DNA from: an uncultured Acidobacteriaceae bacterium | GTDB taxonomy: Bacteria; Acidobacteriota; Terriglobia; Terriglobales; Acidobacteriaceae | NCBI GenBank assembly: GCA_963779525.1 | Contig: CAVZZB010000007.1 | Coordinates: 261,578-325,577, forward strand | Direction of reading: 5' to 3' | Length of the DNA: 64,000 nt | Notes under the pieces: generated by a model | Database searches by the model: none | What the model was told of the DNA's origin: nothing | Seen by the model: only the letters and a program-made list of their open reading frames with translations | Part shown: positions 1 to 9,444 of the stretch, one piece after another | Layout: each line of letters begins with the position of its first letter | How positions within the stretch are numbered: position 1 is the first letter of the stretch | Program-made: the position numbers and the translations under genes

Positions 1-288
1 GGCTATCCCATGCAAATCAAGGTCGACTTTCTGTGCCGCGACTCGATTCTGGCGGCACCCATTGTGCTCGACCTTGTGCTGCTGACGGATTTGGCCAAGC
101 GGTGCTCGCAACTGCGTGGGCTGGGGATTCAGGAATGGTTAAGCTTTTACTTTAAGTCGCCGATGACAGTGCCCGGGCTGTATCCGGAGCATGATCTGTT
201 TATTCAGTTGATGAAGTTGAAGAACACGCTGCGGCACTTGAAGGGCGAAGAGTTAATTACGCATCTGGGGCTGGAGTATTACGACTGA
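1..288 (+). CDS. myo-inositol-1-phosphate synthase, C-terminal fragment (5' end lies outside the window)
   Basis: The ORF is open to the window edge in this frame. The tail ...DSILAAPIVLDLVLL...LGLEYYD resembles the C-terminus of bacterial/archaeal inositol-3-phosphate synthases. Confidence 0.6.
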   Translation, partial: GYPMQIKVDFLCRDSILAAPIVLDLVLLTDLAKRCSQLRGLGIQEWLSFYFKSPMTVPGLYPEHDLFIQLMKLKNTLRHLKGEELITHLGLEYYD

Positions 289-339
289 AGGCGCCGAAAA
301 CGCAGCCCAGATTGGGTGGTGAAGAAGAGGGTTCAGTTC

Positions 340-597
340 TTAGTAAATTGTGCGCAACTTATCCAGCACAATTGAAGACAGGACCGCGAGCAAACAGGCC
401 ACGCTGATCGCGATCAGAAAGCGCCAACCCGTAGCCATGGCGCTGTGGTGACTAAGCCAAATTTCGGTTGCACGACTTCCCCCAAGCACGACCAACCAGA
501 AAACGAGTTTGTCCCAAAACGGTCTCTTACCGACATTGTGCTCATAGCGACTGCGACCTGCGCCGTAGCTTTCGCGGAGTTGGCTCTTGAGATCCAT
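340..597 (-). CDS. hypothetical small membrane protein
   Basis: 85-aa ORF with two hydrophobic stretches (LVFWLVVLGG, FLIAISVACLLAVLSSIVL). No recognised motif. Competing overlapping ORFs look less protein-like. Confidence 0.35.
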   Translation of the reverse strand: MDLKSQLRESYGAGRSRYEHNVGKRPFWDKLVFWLVVLGGSRATEIWLSHHSAMATGWRFLIAISVACLLAVLSSIVLDKLRTIY

Positions 598-652
598 AAT
601 CTCGGGGACAGGTTCGGAAAACGCGCAATGCAGCCAACGCTTAGCCGCCGTC

Positions 653-1042
653 CTACCACACCGTCCTGAGCAGCGGGCTTCTACGAATTTTCTCGTCGTG
701 CGTGATCAGCGTCAGGCCTTCGGCGCGGGCTGTGCCGCCGATGATGCGATCGGCGGGGTCGCCGGAGTAGTCGCGCGGAAACTGGGCTGCCAAGCTGGCG
801 ATCTCGGGCGTAATCGGTAGCACGGTGACGCCTTCGATCAGCAAGTTGAGCGAGGATTGAAGCGTGCCGTAACGTTGAATGCGTCCGCGCGCCAGCATGG
901 ACGCGAGTTCCCAGATGCTGATTGCGGAAATTGCAATCCCGCTTTGCCGCCGGGCGTGGCGGATCGCGGAAGCGGCGGGACGGGAAAGAGACTTCGAATT
1001 GTCTACCGCCCAAAACAGGACATGCGTGTCCAGTAGGATCAA
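653..1042 (-). CDS. vapC: PIN-domain ribonuclease toxin (VapC family)
   Basis: ILLDTHVLFW N-terminus plus conserved acidic residues later (ITHDEKI). The TTG start at 1042 overlaps the antitoxin stop (TTGA). The longest ORF starts at a GTG at 1057. Confidence 0.8.
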   Translation of the reverse strand: MILLDTHVLFWAVDNSKSLSRPAASAIRHARRQSGIAISAISIWELASMLARGRIQRYGTLQSSLNLLIEGVTVLPITPEIASLAAQFPRDYSGDPADRIIGGTARAEGLTLITHDEKIRRSPLLRTVW

Positions 1043-1272
1043 AACGCCGACTCCCACTCCTCGGGCGGATCGGCATCAAGATCTCCGGACACTTGAAACA
1101 CACCCTTCAGCCGGCCGATGAAGTCATCCTTTGGTTCATCGATGGGTACCAGTTTCGCGACCGGTTTGCCGCGTTTCGTAATTACGAGGGGGCGCTTGGT
1201 GGAGCGTACGTCCTCCATTAGAGCGAGGCACTGAGCCTTGAAGGCAGCTGCAGGAATTTCCTTCATGGACAC
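1039..1272 (-). CDS. Phd/YefM-type antitoxin
   Basis: 77 aa. The signature ...RPLVITKRGKPVAKLVPI... is typical of the Phd/YefM prevent-host-death family. It sits directly upstream of, and overlaps, the PIN toxin gene. Confidence 0.8.
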   Translation of the reverse strand: MSMKEIPAAAFKAQCLALMEDVRSTKRPLVITKRGKPVAKLVPIDEPKDDFIGRLKGVFQVSGDLDADPPEEWESAF

Positions 1273-1314
1273 ATTGTAACAGACATGGTCAAGTTGAAAT
1301 GACCACCTCGGTTG

Positions 1315-2610
1315 TCAGGCATTTTTCTCCCGCTTGTACTCGTCAAACTTCTCCAGAAACCGGTCGATGTCTCTCTTCTGCAAATAGTAAGGAGTCGACA
1401 ACCGCAGCTTGTTCGGGTCGCCGCCGCGGATGCGGATCTTATGGGTCTTCCACATCCAGTTTTCCAAGTCCATGCGTGGAACGGGGGGGACGTTGACGGT
1501 GACAATGGCGCAGCGCAGAGTGGGGTCGGGCGACGTCCAGGATTCGGCGCCGCGCTTTTTCATTTCGTCGAGCATATAGTCGGCGAGCTCGCGATGGCGG
1601 CGCTCGATACGGTCCATGCCAATGTCATTCGCGAGTTGGATAGAAGCGCGGAGACCGCAAAGCGCCGGCACGTTGGAGCTGCCGATGCGCTGAAAGCGTT
1701 CGGCGCGGAGCTGAGGCTCGTCCCAGCCCTCGGTGACGATAGTGTTCCAGAGGCGGTCGATAACTTCGTCACGCACGTAGAGAAAACCCGAGCCTTTGGG
1801 GGCTTGCAGCCACTTGTGCGGGCTGGAAGAGTACATGTCGCAGCCGAGGTCATGCAGGTCGAGGCGCATCATACCGGGCACGTGAGCGCCGTCGACTGCG
1901 GAAAGGATGCCCTTGGAACGGGCTAACGCACTAAGTTCTTTTGCCGGCAGAACGGCCCCGGAGAACGTCGTAATGTGGCTGAAGAAGATGACGCGCGTAC
2001 GAGAGGTGATGGCATCATTGAAGAGATTGAGGACCTGGGAAGTGTCCTTTACCGGGCGGGGCAGGATGACGCGCTTCACCACGATGCCGTAGCGCTTGGC
2101 TTTCAGGTTCCAGGGATGCTCGCCGCCGGGATGCTCCTGGTCGGTCATGAGAACTTCATCGCCTGGCTTCAGATCGATGCCATTGGCGATGTAGCTATTG
2201 GCTTCTGTGGCATTGCGAAGCAGAGCAATCTCATCGCGATGGCAGCCTACGAAGGTGGGGAGGGGATCGCGGAACTCGTTCCAGGCAGCGTAGCCCCAGA
2301 TGGGATAGTCCTCGGGATCCTGCTGATCCATCTTCTCGGCAGTGGTGTAGCCTTCGAAAATGGCGCGCAGCACGGGCGCGGGACTGGAACCGACGGTCCC
2401 GTTATTCAGGTAGATCTCATCTTCGGGGATGAGGAATTGCTTGCGCATTTCCGCCCAGTAGGCGTCTTCGTTCTTGTCGAAGAGCGCGGAATCGGGAAGC
2501 TTGGCTGGGACGCCAGCAAGTTGGGCGAGCAAATTCCGGGGTAGAGTCGTTACGGCGGCGAGGCCGGTGGCGGCGGTGGCGAGGAAACGGCGGCGATCGA
2601 GCAAAGGCAT
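1315..2610 (-). CDS. class V aminotransferase-fold PLP enzyme (cysteine desulfurase / isopenicillin-N epimerase-like) with a Tat signal
   Basis: Twin-arginine leader MPLLDRRRFLATAATGLAAV. PLP-lysine context SSPHKWLQAPKGSGFLYV. Confidence 0.8.
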   Translation of the reverse strand: MPLLDRRRFLATAATGLAAVTTLPRNLLAQLAGVPAKLPDSALFDKNEDAYWAEMRKQFLIPEDEIYLNNGTVGSSPAPVLRAIFEGYTTAEKMDQQDPEDYPIWGYAAWNEFRDPLPTFVGCHRDEIALLRNATEANSYIANGIDLKPGDEVLMTDQEHPGGEHPWNLKAKRYGIVVKRVILPRPVKDTSQVLNLFNDAITSRTRVIFFSHITTFSGAVLPAKELSALARSKGILSAVDGAHVPGMMRLDLHDLGCDMYSSSPHKWLQAPKGSGFLYVRDEVIDRLWNTIVTEGWDEPQLRAERFQRIGSSNVPALCGLRASIQLANDIGMDRIERRHRELADYMLDEMKKRGAESWTSPDPTLRCAIVTVNVPPVPRMDLENWMWKTHKIRIRGGDPNKLRLSTPYYLQKRDIDRFLEKFDEYKREKNA

Positions 2611-2847
2611 CTCCTAGACTGACAGGAACTAGAGTGACAGAAAAACGAAGGGCCCATGGTACGACTGTGTCGGAACCGGGGCAAGGGTAGCGGGACTGGA
2701 AATGCACTGTTTCGCGAGGCCCGTACTTCCTGAAACTGGATAACCCTCGGGGAAATCGGGGCGTCTAAAGGAAACGAGGAAGTTCTGGCTGAGAGTGTTC
2801 CCGTGGGGCGTATAATCCGGGTAAGAGTGGGTCGCAAAGGAGTTCCT

Positions 2848-4029
2848 ATGAAGTTCCGTGGGTTGGCAATCGCAGTGGGATTGGCGGCGTTCAGCGCGGT
2901 GCCCTGGACGATGGCGCAAACACAGCAGCCTGGTCAGAATCCGAGTCAGACTCAAAATCCCGGTCAGACCCAAACTCCGACGCAAACCCCTCCGGTTCCA
3001 GATCAAGATAAAGGCCAGCCGAAAGCCAGTGACGTGCAGAATGCCCCAGCGCAGCCGCCAGCCACTCTACCGACCCAGGAAGACAGCCAGATCAAGCACG
3101 ACGGTTCGAAGACGGACGTGGATGCGGTGGGGAACCGGAATGTGGGTTGCGGCCGCGGCGTAGGGAACTGGTACAGCATCGAGAAGCAAGTGGCGATGGG
3201 CCGGTCCTACGCGCAGCAGATTGAGTCGCAAGTCAAACTGGTCAATGATCCGGTCGTGACGGAGTACGTAAACCGCATCGGACAGAATCTAGTACGGAAC
3301 TCTGATGCGCAGGTGCCGTTTACGATCAAGGTGATTGATTCCGACGTAGTGAACGCCATGGCCCTGCCGGGCGGATTCTTCTACGTGAACTCCGGGTTGA
3401 TCCTGGCGGCCGACGAAGAAGCCGAAATGGCGGGCGTAATGGCGCACGAAATTGCGCACGTGGCAGCTTGCCATCTGGCTCGCGAGCAGACGCGGGGGAC
3501 CTTGATGCAGCTCGCCACCATTCCTCTGATTTTTGTGGGCGGAGGAATCGGCTATGGAGCCTACGAAGCGGCGGGACCGGCGGCGATGCTGGGCTTTCTG
3601 AAATTCTCCCGCGGTTTCGAGGCGGAAGCGGACTACCTCGGCGTCGAATACATGTACCGCGCCGGCTACGATCCGTCCGCATTTGTTTCCTTCTTCGAAA
3701 AGATTCAGGCGATGGAGAAGAAGAAACCGGGTACGTTGGCGAAGACCTTCGATACCCATCCGCAGACTCCAGACCGCATTGAAAAGACCCAGGAAGAGAT
3801 TCGAAAGATTCTGCCGGCAAAGAATGAGTACATTGTGACGACCTCGGAATTTGACGATGTAAAGGCGCGGCTCGCGTCGATCGAGAATCGGCACAAGGTC
3901 TTGGATCAGAGAGATGAGAACAAACCCAGCCTGCGCCGGACTTCTGCCAGCGGGGACAGCAAATCGGGCAGCAGCAGTCCTGACGATGACCGGCCGACCT
4001 TGAAGCGGCGAGATGATTCCTCGAACTAA
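2848..4029 (+). CDS. M48-family zinc metallopeptidase (BepA/Ste24-like), secreted
   Basis: HEIAH zinc motif (MAHEIAHVAACH). Signal peptide MKFRGLAIAVGLAAFSAVPWTMAQ. AAGGAG RBS ahead of the ATG at 2848. Q/T/P-rich low-complexity linker after the signal. Confidence 0.85.
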   Translation: MKFRGLAIAVGLAAFSAVPWTMAQTQQPGQNPSQTQNPGQTQTPTQTPPVPDQDKGQPKASDVQNAPAQPPATLPTQEDSQIKHDGSKTDVDAVGNRNVGCGRGVGNWYSIEKQVAMGRSYAQQIESQVKLVNDPVVTEYVNRIGQNLVRNSDAQVPFTIKVIDSDVVNAMALPGGFFYVNSGLILAADEEAEMAGVMAHEIAHVAACHLAREQTRGTLMQLATIPLIFVGGGIGYGAYEAAGPAAMLGFLKFSRGFEAEADYLGVEYMYRAGYDPSAFVSFFEKIQAMEKKKPGTLAKTFDTHPQTPDRIEKTQEEIRKILPAKNEYIVTTSEFDDVKARLASIENRHKVLDQRDENKPSLRRTSASGDSKSGSSSPDDDRPTLKRRDDSSN

Positions 4030-4047
4030 AGTGCTGTATAGGTTAGC

Positions 4048-4080
4048 GACCGGCGGCCATGGCTGCCGGTTTTTGTATTT
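4048..4080 (+). terminator. putative rho-independent terminator after the M48 peptidase gene
   Basis: Stem accggc...gccggt around a ggccatggct loop, followed by ttttgtattt. Confidence 0.5.
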
Positions 4081-4237
4081 ACGGTCCGCCAACGTGGATA
4101 ATGAGGGCTGCCCGAGCCAGCGATGTACTATGGTCACGGAGCCGCGTGATCCGGGTCACAGCTGGTCCTGGGCAAAGCTAGTAAGGGTAGATTACGCTGC
4201 CGCTATCGCGACATAATATAGAGGAGTCTCCACTTCC

Positions 4238-5548
4238 ATGCCACAGAACACGCTCACCATCACCGACAATCGCACCGGTCAGACCTACACCATCCCGATC
4301 GAGGATGGCACCATCCGGGCGATGAACCTGCGGCAGATCAAAACGGGTCCGGAAGATTTTGGGCTGATGACCTATGATCCGGCGTTCATGAACACGGCGA
4401 GCTGCCGCAGCAGCATCACCTATATCGATGGCGACCAGGGCATCCTGCGGTATCGAGGATATCCCATCGAAGTGCTGGCGGAGCGCTGCACTTTCCTGGA
4501 AGTGGCATACCTTCTGTTGTTTGGTGAATTGCCGACCGAGCCCCAACTCAAACAATGGGTCTATGACATCACGCACCACACCATGCTGCATGAGAGCACC
4601 AAGAAGTTCATGGAGGGCTTTCGCTACGACGGCCATCCCATGGGAATGTTCGTGAGCACGGTGGCAGCGTTGTCAACGGTATATCCGGATGCCAAGCATG
4701 TGCACGACGCCAAGAACCGGCTGCTGCAGATCAAGCGCTTGATTGGCAAAGTGCCTTCGATCGCGGCCATGTCCTACCGGCACAATGTGGGATTTCCTTA
4801 CGTATATCCGGACAACGATTTGAATTATGCCGAGAACTTCATGAACATGCTCTGGAAGATGGTCGAGCCGAAGTACGTGGCCAATCCGGCCATTGCCCGG
4901 GCGCTCGACATTTTGTTCATCCTGCATGCGGATCATGAACAGAATTGCGGCACTAACGCGATGCGCTCGGTAAGCAGCGCTCAAACCGATCCGTATCTTT
5001 CCATGGCATCAGCGGCGTCCGCCTTGGCGGGACCCTTGCATGGCGGAGCGAATGAAGAAGTCTTGAAGATGCTGGACGAGATCGGTTCGAAAGAAAAAGT
5101 GCCGGCCTATATCCAGAAGGTGAAAGAAGGGCACTTCAAGCTGATGGGATTCGGACATCGCATCTACAAGAACTACGATCCCCGAGCGAAAATTATTCGC
5201 TGGTGCGCGGAGCAGGTTTTCGAGGTTACAGGCCGAAATCCGAAGCTGGAGATCGCCCTCGAGCTGGAGCGCATCGCTCTGGAAGATGATTACTTTGTGA
5301 AGCGCAAGCTGTATCCCAATGTCGACTTCTATTCGGGAATCATGTACCAGGCGATGGGCTTCCGACCGGAAATGTTCACCGTGCTGTTTGCGATTCCGCG
5401 CACTGCGGGTTGGCTGGCGCAGTGGCAGGAGCTGATCACGGATCCGGAGCAGAAGATCGCCCGGCCGCGCCAGGTCTACACCGGGCATGAAGCGCGGGAG
5501 TTTGTGCCCATGGAGAAGCGAACATCGGCGGCTGTAACGGCGGGCTAG
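4238..5548 (+). CDS. gltA: citrate synthase (type II)
   Basis: Full-length match in style to hexameric citrate synthases: LTITDNRTG...YRGYPIE...HADHEQN...GFGHRIYKNYDPRA. Confidence 0.95.
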   Translation: MPQNTLTITDNRTGQTYTIPIEDGTIRAMNLRQIKTGPEDFGLMTYDPAFMNTASCRSSITYIDGDQGILRYRGYPIEVLAERCTFLEVAYLLLFGELPTEPQLKQWVYDITHHTMLHESTKKFMEGFRYDGHPMGMFVSTVAALSTVYPDAKHVHDAKNRLLQIKRLIGKVPSIAAMSYRHNVGFPYVYPDNDLNYAENFMNMLWKMVEPKYVANPAIARALDILFILHADHEQNCGTNAMRSVSSAQTDPYLSMASAASALAGPLHGGANEEVLKMLDEIGSKEKVPAYIQKVKEGHFKLMGFGHRIYKNYDPRAKIIRWCAEQVFEVTGRNPKLEIALELERIALEDDYFVKRKLYPNVDFYSGIMYQAMGFRPEMFTVLFAIPRTAGWLAQWQELITDPEQKIARPRQVYTGHEAREFVPMEKRTSAAVTAG

Positions 5549-5560
5549 TGGCTTGGCGCG

Positions 5561-6502
5561 CTAGTCGTTTTTGCAAATGGCCGTAACCAGATTGCGGATT
5601 TCCTCCACGTACGTTTGAGAGTCTTTGACGAAGTCGCTCCAGGTTAACTCTGCGGCGAGGGGACATTTCTCTAAGAGTATGTTCCAATCGGCCTCCCAGG
5701 AATCGATGGGGTCGGCTGTCTCGAGGTAGCCCACGCCAAGATTCGAGGCGCGGCTGAGCCGGTCGGCCAGGGATACGATTGCCACCAACGCGGGGTTGAT
5801 AACTGCTGCTGGAACATGGTGGTGACAGAGAATCACTTCCACGAGTTCTTCTGACAGATTCCAGCGGCGCGCCAGCAGCTCTCCACTCTGGCAATGCGTG
5901 AAGCCAAGATCCGAACACTCGACCTTACCCACGAAAACGCCCTCCCGCTGAGCTTTCTGCATGGCAGTTCTGGTTTGTTCAGGAAAGACAACCAGGTTTA
6001 CAATAAATCCGATATCGTGCATCAATCCGGCAAGATAGGCTTTCTCAGGATCGTCAAATGCGACCGAGCGGGCCAGCTTGCGAGCGATGATGGCGCAAGC
6101 CAGCGAATGTTGCCAGAAGATTACGGGATCGAGGGCTTTTCGGGAAGAGGAGACAACCTGCAGCAGACCGCAGGAGATAGCAATATCACGAATGCGGGCA
6201 ATTCCAAGAGTGCGGATGGCGCCGCGAAGAGAATCCATGGCACGGCCCCGGCTATACAGCGCAGAGTTGGCCATGCGAAGGCACTGGGCGGCGAGAGATT
6301 CATCGCGACCGACAATCTCCGCCACCCGCAGCAGATTGACGTTGTCGGCCGGCTGGTTGAGTTCGTCGAGCAACGATTGCAGGACCGCTGGAGTGCTGGG
6401 AATCGATGCCAGAAGATCGTCTTTTCCCTTCAGGCCCCGCTGCAACGCGGGATTTGCGGCTGCGGGTTGACTGAAACATTCACTTCCTGAAAATTCCTTC
6501 AT
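5561..6502 (-). CDS. HDOD-domain signalling protein
   Basis: HD-related output domain pattern: PAVLQSLLDELNQP...LRVAEIVGRDESLAAQCLRMANSALY...GLMHDIGFIV. Confidence 0.75.
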   Translation of the reverse strand: MKEFSGSECFSQPAAANPALQRGLKGKDDLLASIPSTPAVLQSLLDELNQPADNVNLLRVAEIVGRDESLAAQCLRMANSALYSRGRAMDSLRGAIRTLGIARIRDIAISCGLLQVVSSSRKALDPVIFWQHSLACAIIARKLARSVAFDDPEKAYLAGLMHDIGFIVNLVVFPEQTRTAMQKAQREGVFVGKVECSDLGFTHCQSGELLARRWNLSEELVEVILCHHHVPAAVINPALVAIVSLADRLSRASNLGVGYLETADPIDSWEADWNILLEKCPLAAELTWSDFVKDSQTYVEEIRNLVTAICKND

Positions 6503-6738
6503 GACTTTTTTGGCCCTAAGAACTGGCGATTCGGTTAGCGTGCCCGTCAGGCATTCCGCCTATCCCAAGCGCGCAGACCACGAGCGTTCAGGAAAGATAG
6601 CTTTACACTAAGGCAGGTACAGGAGGATCTATCTGTTTGAAGTTGTGCGCGAGTTACATAAGTGCGCTGTCAGTTCCAAAATGGGAGCGCAGGGGCTCCT
6701 GGCAGGGAATTGATTAGATGGCCGTAAGATCTGCCCAA

Positions 6739-6768
6739 GAAAAAAGCCGCGAACCCTATCGCGGCTTG
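6739..6768 (-). terminator. rho-independent terminator downstream of the 78-aa zinc-ribbon ORF
   Basis: On the minus strand, a gccgcga-taggg-ttcgcggc hairpin is followed by a tttttt tract. Confidence 0.55.
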
Positions 6769-6805
6769 GTGATATTTTTCGCGAGGTCTGCGACCGTGAG
6801 CGCAC

Positions 6806-7042
6806 TCAGGCAGCTTGTTTCGTAGCCACCGCGGCCATATAGTGCCGTCGCTCAGAGGAGGAGGTGATGACTTTCATCTCCTGCCAATCATAAGGAAATT
6901 CTTTTCCGCAATTCAGGCAAGCTACGTAGGTTCCCGTCAATACGCTGGCTTGCGGACGCCGGGCCGTTCCGCGAAGGGTTACAGGAAAACTGTAACGAGA
7001 GTGTCTACAACCGAAAATCGCATCAATCAATTTGGCTACCAT
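6806..7042 (-). CDS. small Cys/His protein, putative zinc ribbon (hypothetical)
   Basis: 78 aa with CRH...CLNC (C-x-H ... C-x2-C). GGAAGG RBS upstream and its own terminator downstream. Confidence 0.5.
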   Translation of the reverse strand: MVAKLIDAIFGCRHSRYSFPVTLRGTARRPQASVLTGTYVACLNCGKEFPYDWQEMKVITSSSERRHYMAAVATKQAA

Positions 7043-7310
7043 AGAACACCTTCCACCCTGAGTAATTCGCGCGGACTCTTTTGAATTCGGTGCCTACGCG
7101 ACTGACATTATGTCCTACACTCAACCCTTTAGATTCAGGAAAGTGAGGAATGGTTTCGTATTCTTAAGGGCAGGTTCCGGTTTTGGGATCGAGGTATCCC
7201 AAGTTCTTTTTCGGCAATCGCTTGCAGGGAGTGGAGAAACGCTTGATTTTCGATAAAAAAATTAACCTCAGGCATCAGCAGTACGGGAGATGCATTCGCG
7301 GGGTTCCGGT

Positions 7311-7871
7311 CTAGGTTAGATTGAGAGCTTTCTTGATCGTCCCGCGCTCCTTCTGAATCTTTTCCTGCAGAAGCGTAATGCTGTAGATCAGTTGCTCGGG
7401 ACGCGGCGGGCAGCCGGGAACATAGATATCGACGGGAATGACCTGATTGACGCTTTGCACCAGCGCATAATTATTGAACACGCCACCGGAAGTAGCACAT
7501 GCTCCCATGGAAATCACCCACTTAGGCTCTGGCATCTGTTCCCAGAGTTGGCGGATCACTGGAGCCATCTTGTTGGAGACCCGCCCGGCAATGATCATCA
7601 GATCGCTCTGGCGCGGTGAGGGACGAAATACTTCCGCACCGAAGCGGGCGATGTCGAAGCGCGATGCTCCCATGGACATCATCTCGATGGCGCAACAAGC
7701 GAGCCCAAATGTCATGGGCCAAATGGAGCCCTTGCGCATCCAGTTCACGGCCGAATCCAGTGTGGTCAGCACCACGCCTTCGGGGGTGGGATTGCCAAAG
7801 GTCAGGTCTTTCACGACCTTCTTGCCGTGCTCGAAATCAACGTACGGGCCGAAGTTCAGTTCGCGCGACAT
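7311..7871 (-). CDS. nuoB: NADH-quinone oxidoreductase subunit B (NuoB/NDH-1 20 kDa), not flanked by other nuo genes
   Basis: Cluster-N2 ligands [18 protein letters not shown] and PGCPPRPE. 186 aa, so full length. Confidence 0.9.
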   Translation of the reverse strand: MSRELNFGPYVDFEHGKKVVKDLTFGNPTPEGVVLTTLDSAVNWMRKGSIWPMTFGLACCAIEMMSMGASRFDIARFGAEVFRPSPRQSDLMIIAGRVSNKMAPVIRQLWEQMPEPKWVISMGACATSGGVFNNYALVQSVNQVIPVDIYVPGCPPRPEQLIYSITLLQEKIQKERGTIKKALNLT

Positions 7872-8048
7872 ATAGGTATTCTAAACCAGGGAGCACTCTT
7901 GACAACCCCGCTCCTTACGGTAAGCTGTGATGCGTCTTCCCTCCTAGAGGTTCAGGCCCCGTCGAATAGGCCGTCCGACCGCTGCGCGTGAAAAGTGCTG
8001 CAGCGTACTCTACTAACCCGGGCGCTACAATCTTCGAAGGAGAGATCG

Positions 8049-9338
8049 ATGAGTCCACTGCATTCATTCAGCACCGGAAGGGGAGCAGGCAAACGGCAGA
8101 GCCACGTTCCCCCAATCCCTGCCGCTCACTTTCCGGTGCAGGCGTCGCGCGCCGCCGACGCCATTCAACTTCCACATTATCCTTTCCAGCCACTGCCAAC
8201 CCCGAACGGCCTTGCGCCGTACCGTTTTGATCTGTCGCAGCTGCTCACCGCAGGCGACATCACGAAAATCAAGAATGCCGGCGTCATGGTATTCCACACG
8301 GTGGGCGATACGGGAGATTACCGGGACTCCGGTCCGCAGGATCTGGTGGCATCGATCATGACCCAGGACGTTCAAAATTCGCCGGACGGCAAACAGCCAG
8401 CCTTTTACTACCATCTGGGCGACGTCATCTATTTTGCCGGTGATATCGACAAGTACGGGGCTTATTTTTATGAAACCTATAAAAACTATCCGGCCTTCAT
8501 CGTTTCCATCCCGGGGAATCACGACTGCCAGCCCGACGATCCGCAGGACGGCCCGGTCGATCCCAACAAGGTCCCGCTCGATGGTTGGGTGCAAAACTTC
8601 ATGTCCAAAAATCCGGCGCAACCGGGTTCACTGAAAACCGGCGCGAGTCGCACGCAAATGGACTTGCCCAATGTGTATTGGACCTTCACGACTCCATTCG
8701 CAACCATCATCGGATTGTTCTCCAACGTGAGTGAAACCGAAGCGGAGATTCACCAGGATCAAATTGACTGGTTCAAAGGCGAATTAGCTGCGGCCGATCC
8801 GAATCTCGCCCTGATCGTGACCATTCATCACCCGCCATTTTCCGGAGATACGGAGCACTCGGGCAGCAGCGTGGCGGATCAGATTCTCTCCAACAGTTTT
8901 CAGGCGGTCAAGCGATACCCCAATCTGATTCTGTCAGGACATGTGCACAACTACCAGCGCTTTACCAGCGTAGTGAAGGGTCCTAAAGGCCAGCTTCAGC
9001 TTCCGTACGTTGTGGCTGGCGCTGGCGGCTACACTAAGCTCGGAACGCTTCATACCGTGAACGGAGCGCCTCCGAAGGTTCCTCTATCGCTTCCGAACGG
9101 CTTGACCCTTGAGCAATATGACCAGACAAATTTCGGATTTCTACGATTCGAGGTCAGCCAGACGCAGATCGTCGGGACGTATCTCTCCGCGCCTTACGTT
9201 ACGGGTACAACACCCACGGCCAAAGTCGTCGATAGTTTCGTGATCGACCTTACCAAGAACAAAGTAACGACGTCAGCCTCAGGCCAGAGCGAAGTCCGTC
9301 GCAGGGGACAAGTCGGGGAAGGGCCCAAAGCTGGCTAA
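8049..9338 (+). CDS. calcineurin-like metallophosphoesterase
   Basis: Motifs GDTGD, GDVIYFAG, GNHD and GHVHNYQR. The ATG at 8049 has a GAAGGAG RBS. The longest ORF starts at a GTG at 7995. Confidence 0.8.
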   Translation: MSPLHSFSTGRGAGKRQSHVPPIPAAHFPVQASRAADAIQLPHYPFQPLPTPNGLAPYRFDLSQLLTAGDITKIKNAGVMVFHTVGDTGDYRDSGPQDLVASIMTQDVQNSPDGKQPAFYYHLGDVIYFAGDIDKYGAYFYETYKNYPAFIVSIPGNHDCQPDDPQDGPVDPNKVPLDGWVQNFMSKNPAQPGSLKTGASRTQMDLPNVYWTFTTPFATIIGLFSNVSETEAEIHQDQIDWFKGELAAADPNLALIVTIHHPPFSGDTEHSGSSVADQILSNSFQAVKRYPNLILSGHVHNYQRFTSVVKGPKGQLQLPYVVAGAGGYTKLGTLHTVNGAPPKVPLSLPNGLTLEQYDQTNFGFLRFEVSQTQIVGTYLSAPYVTGTTPTAKVVDSFVIDLTKNKVTTSASGQSEVRRRGQVGEGPKAG

Positions 9339-9444
9339 GCCTGCGAAAAAGAAGCACTGAAAAGCAGTGGCCTGTGCTCGGTGAAGAGTGGTTGGTTATC
9401 GCCGCACACTGACCGCTATCCACCCACCACTAGTCACTGAATTC

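Noticed and set aside
1273-1314. Operator palindrome for the Phd/VapC module
   Set aside because: The sequence cattgtaacagacatgg contains only short imperfect symmetry. That is not enough to call a site.
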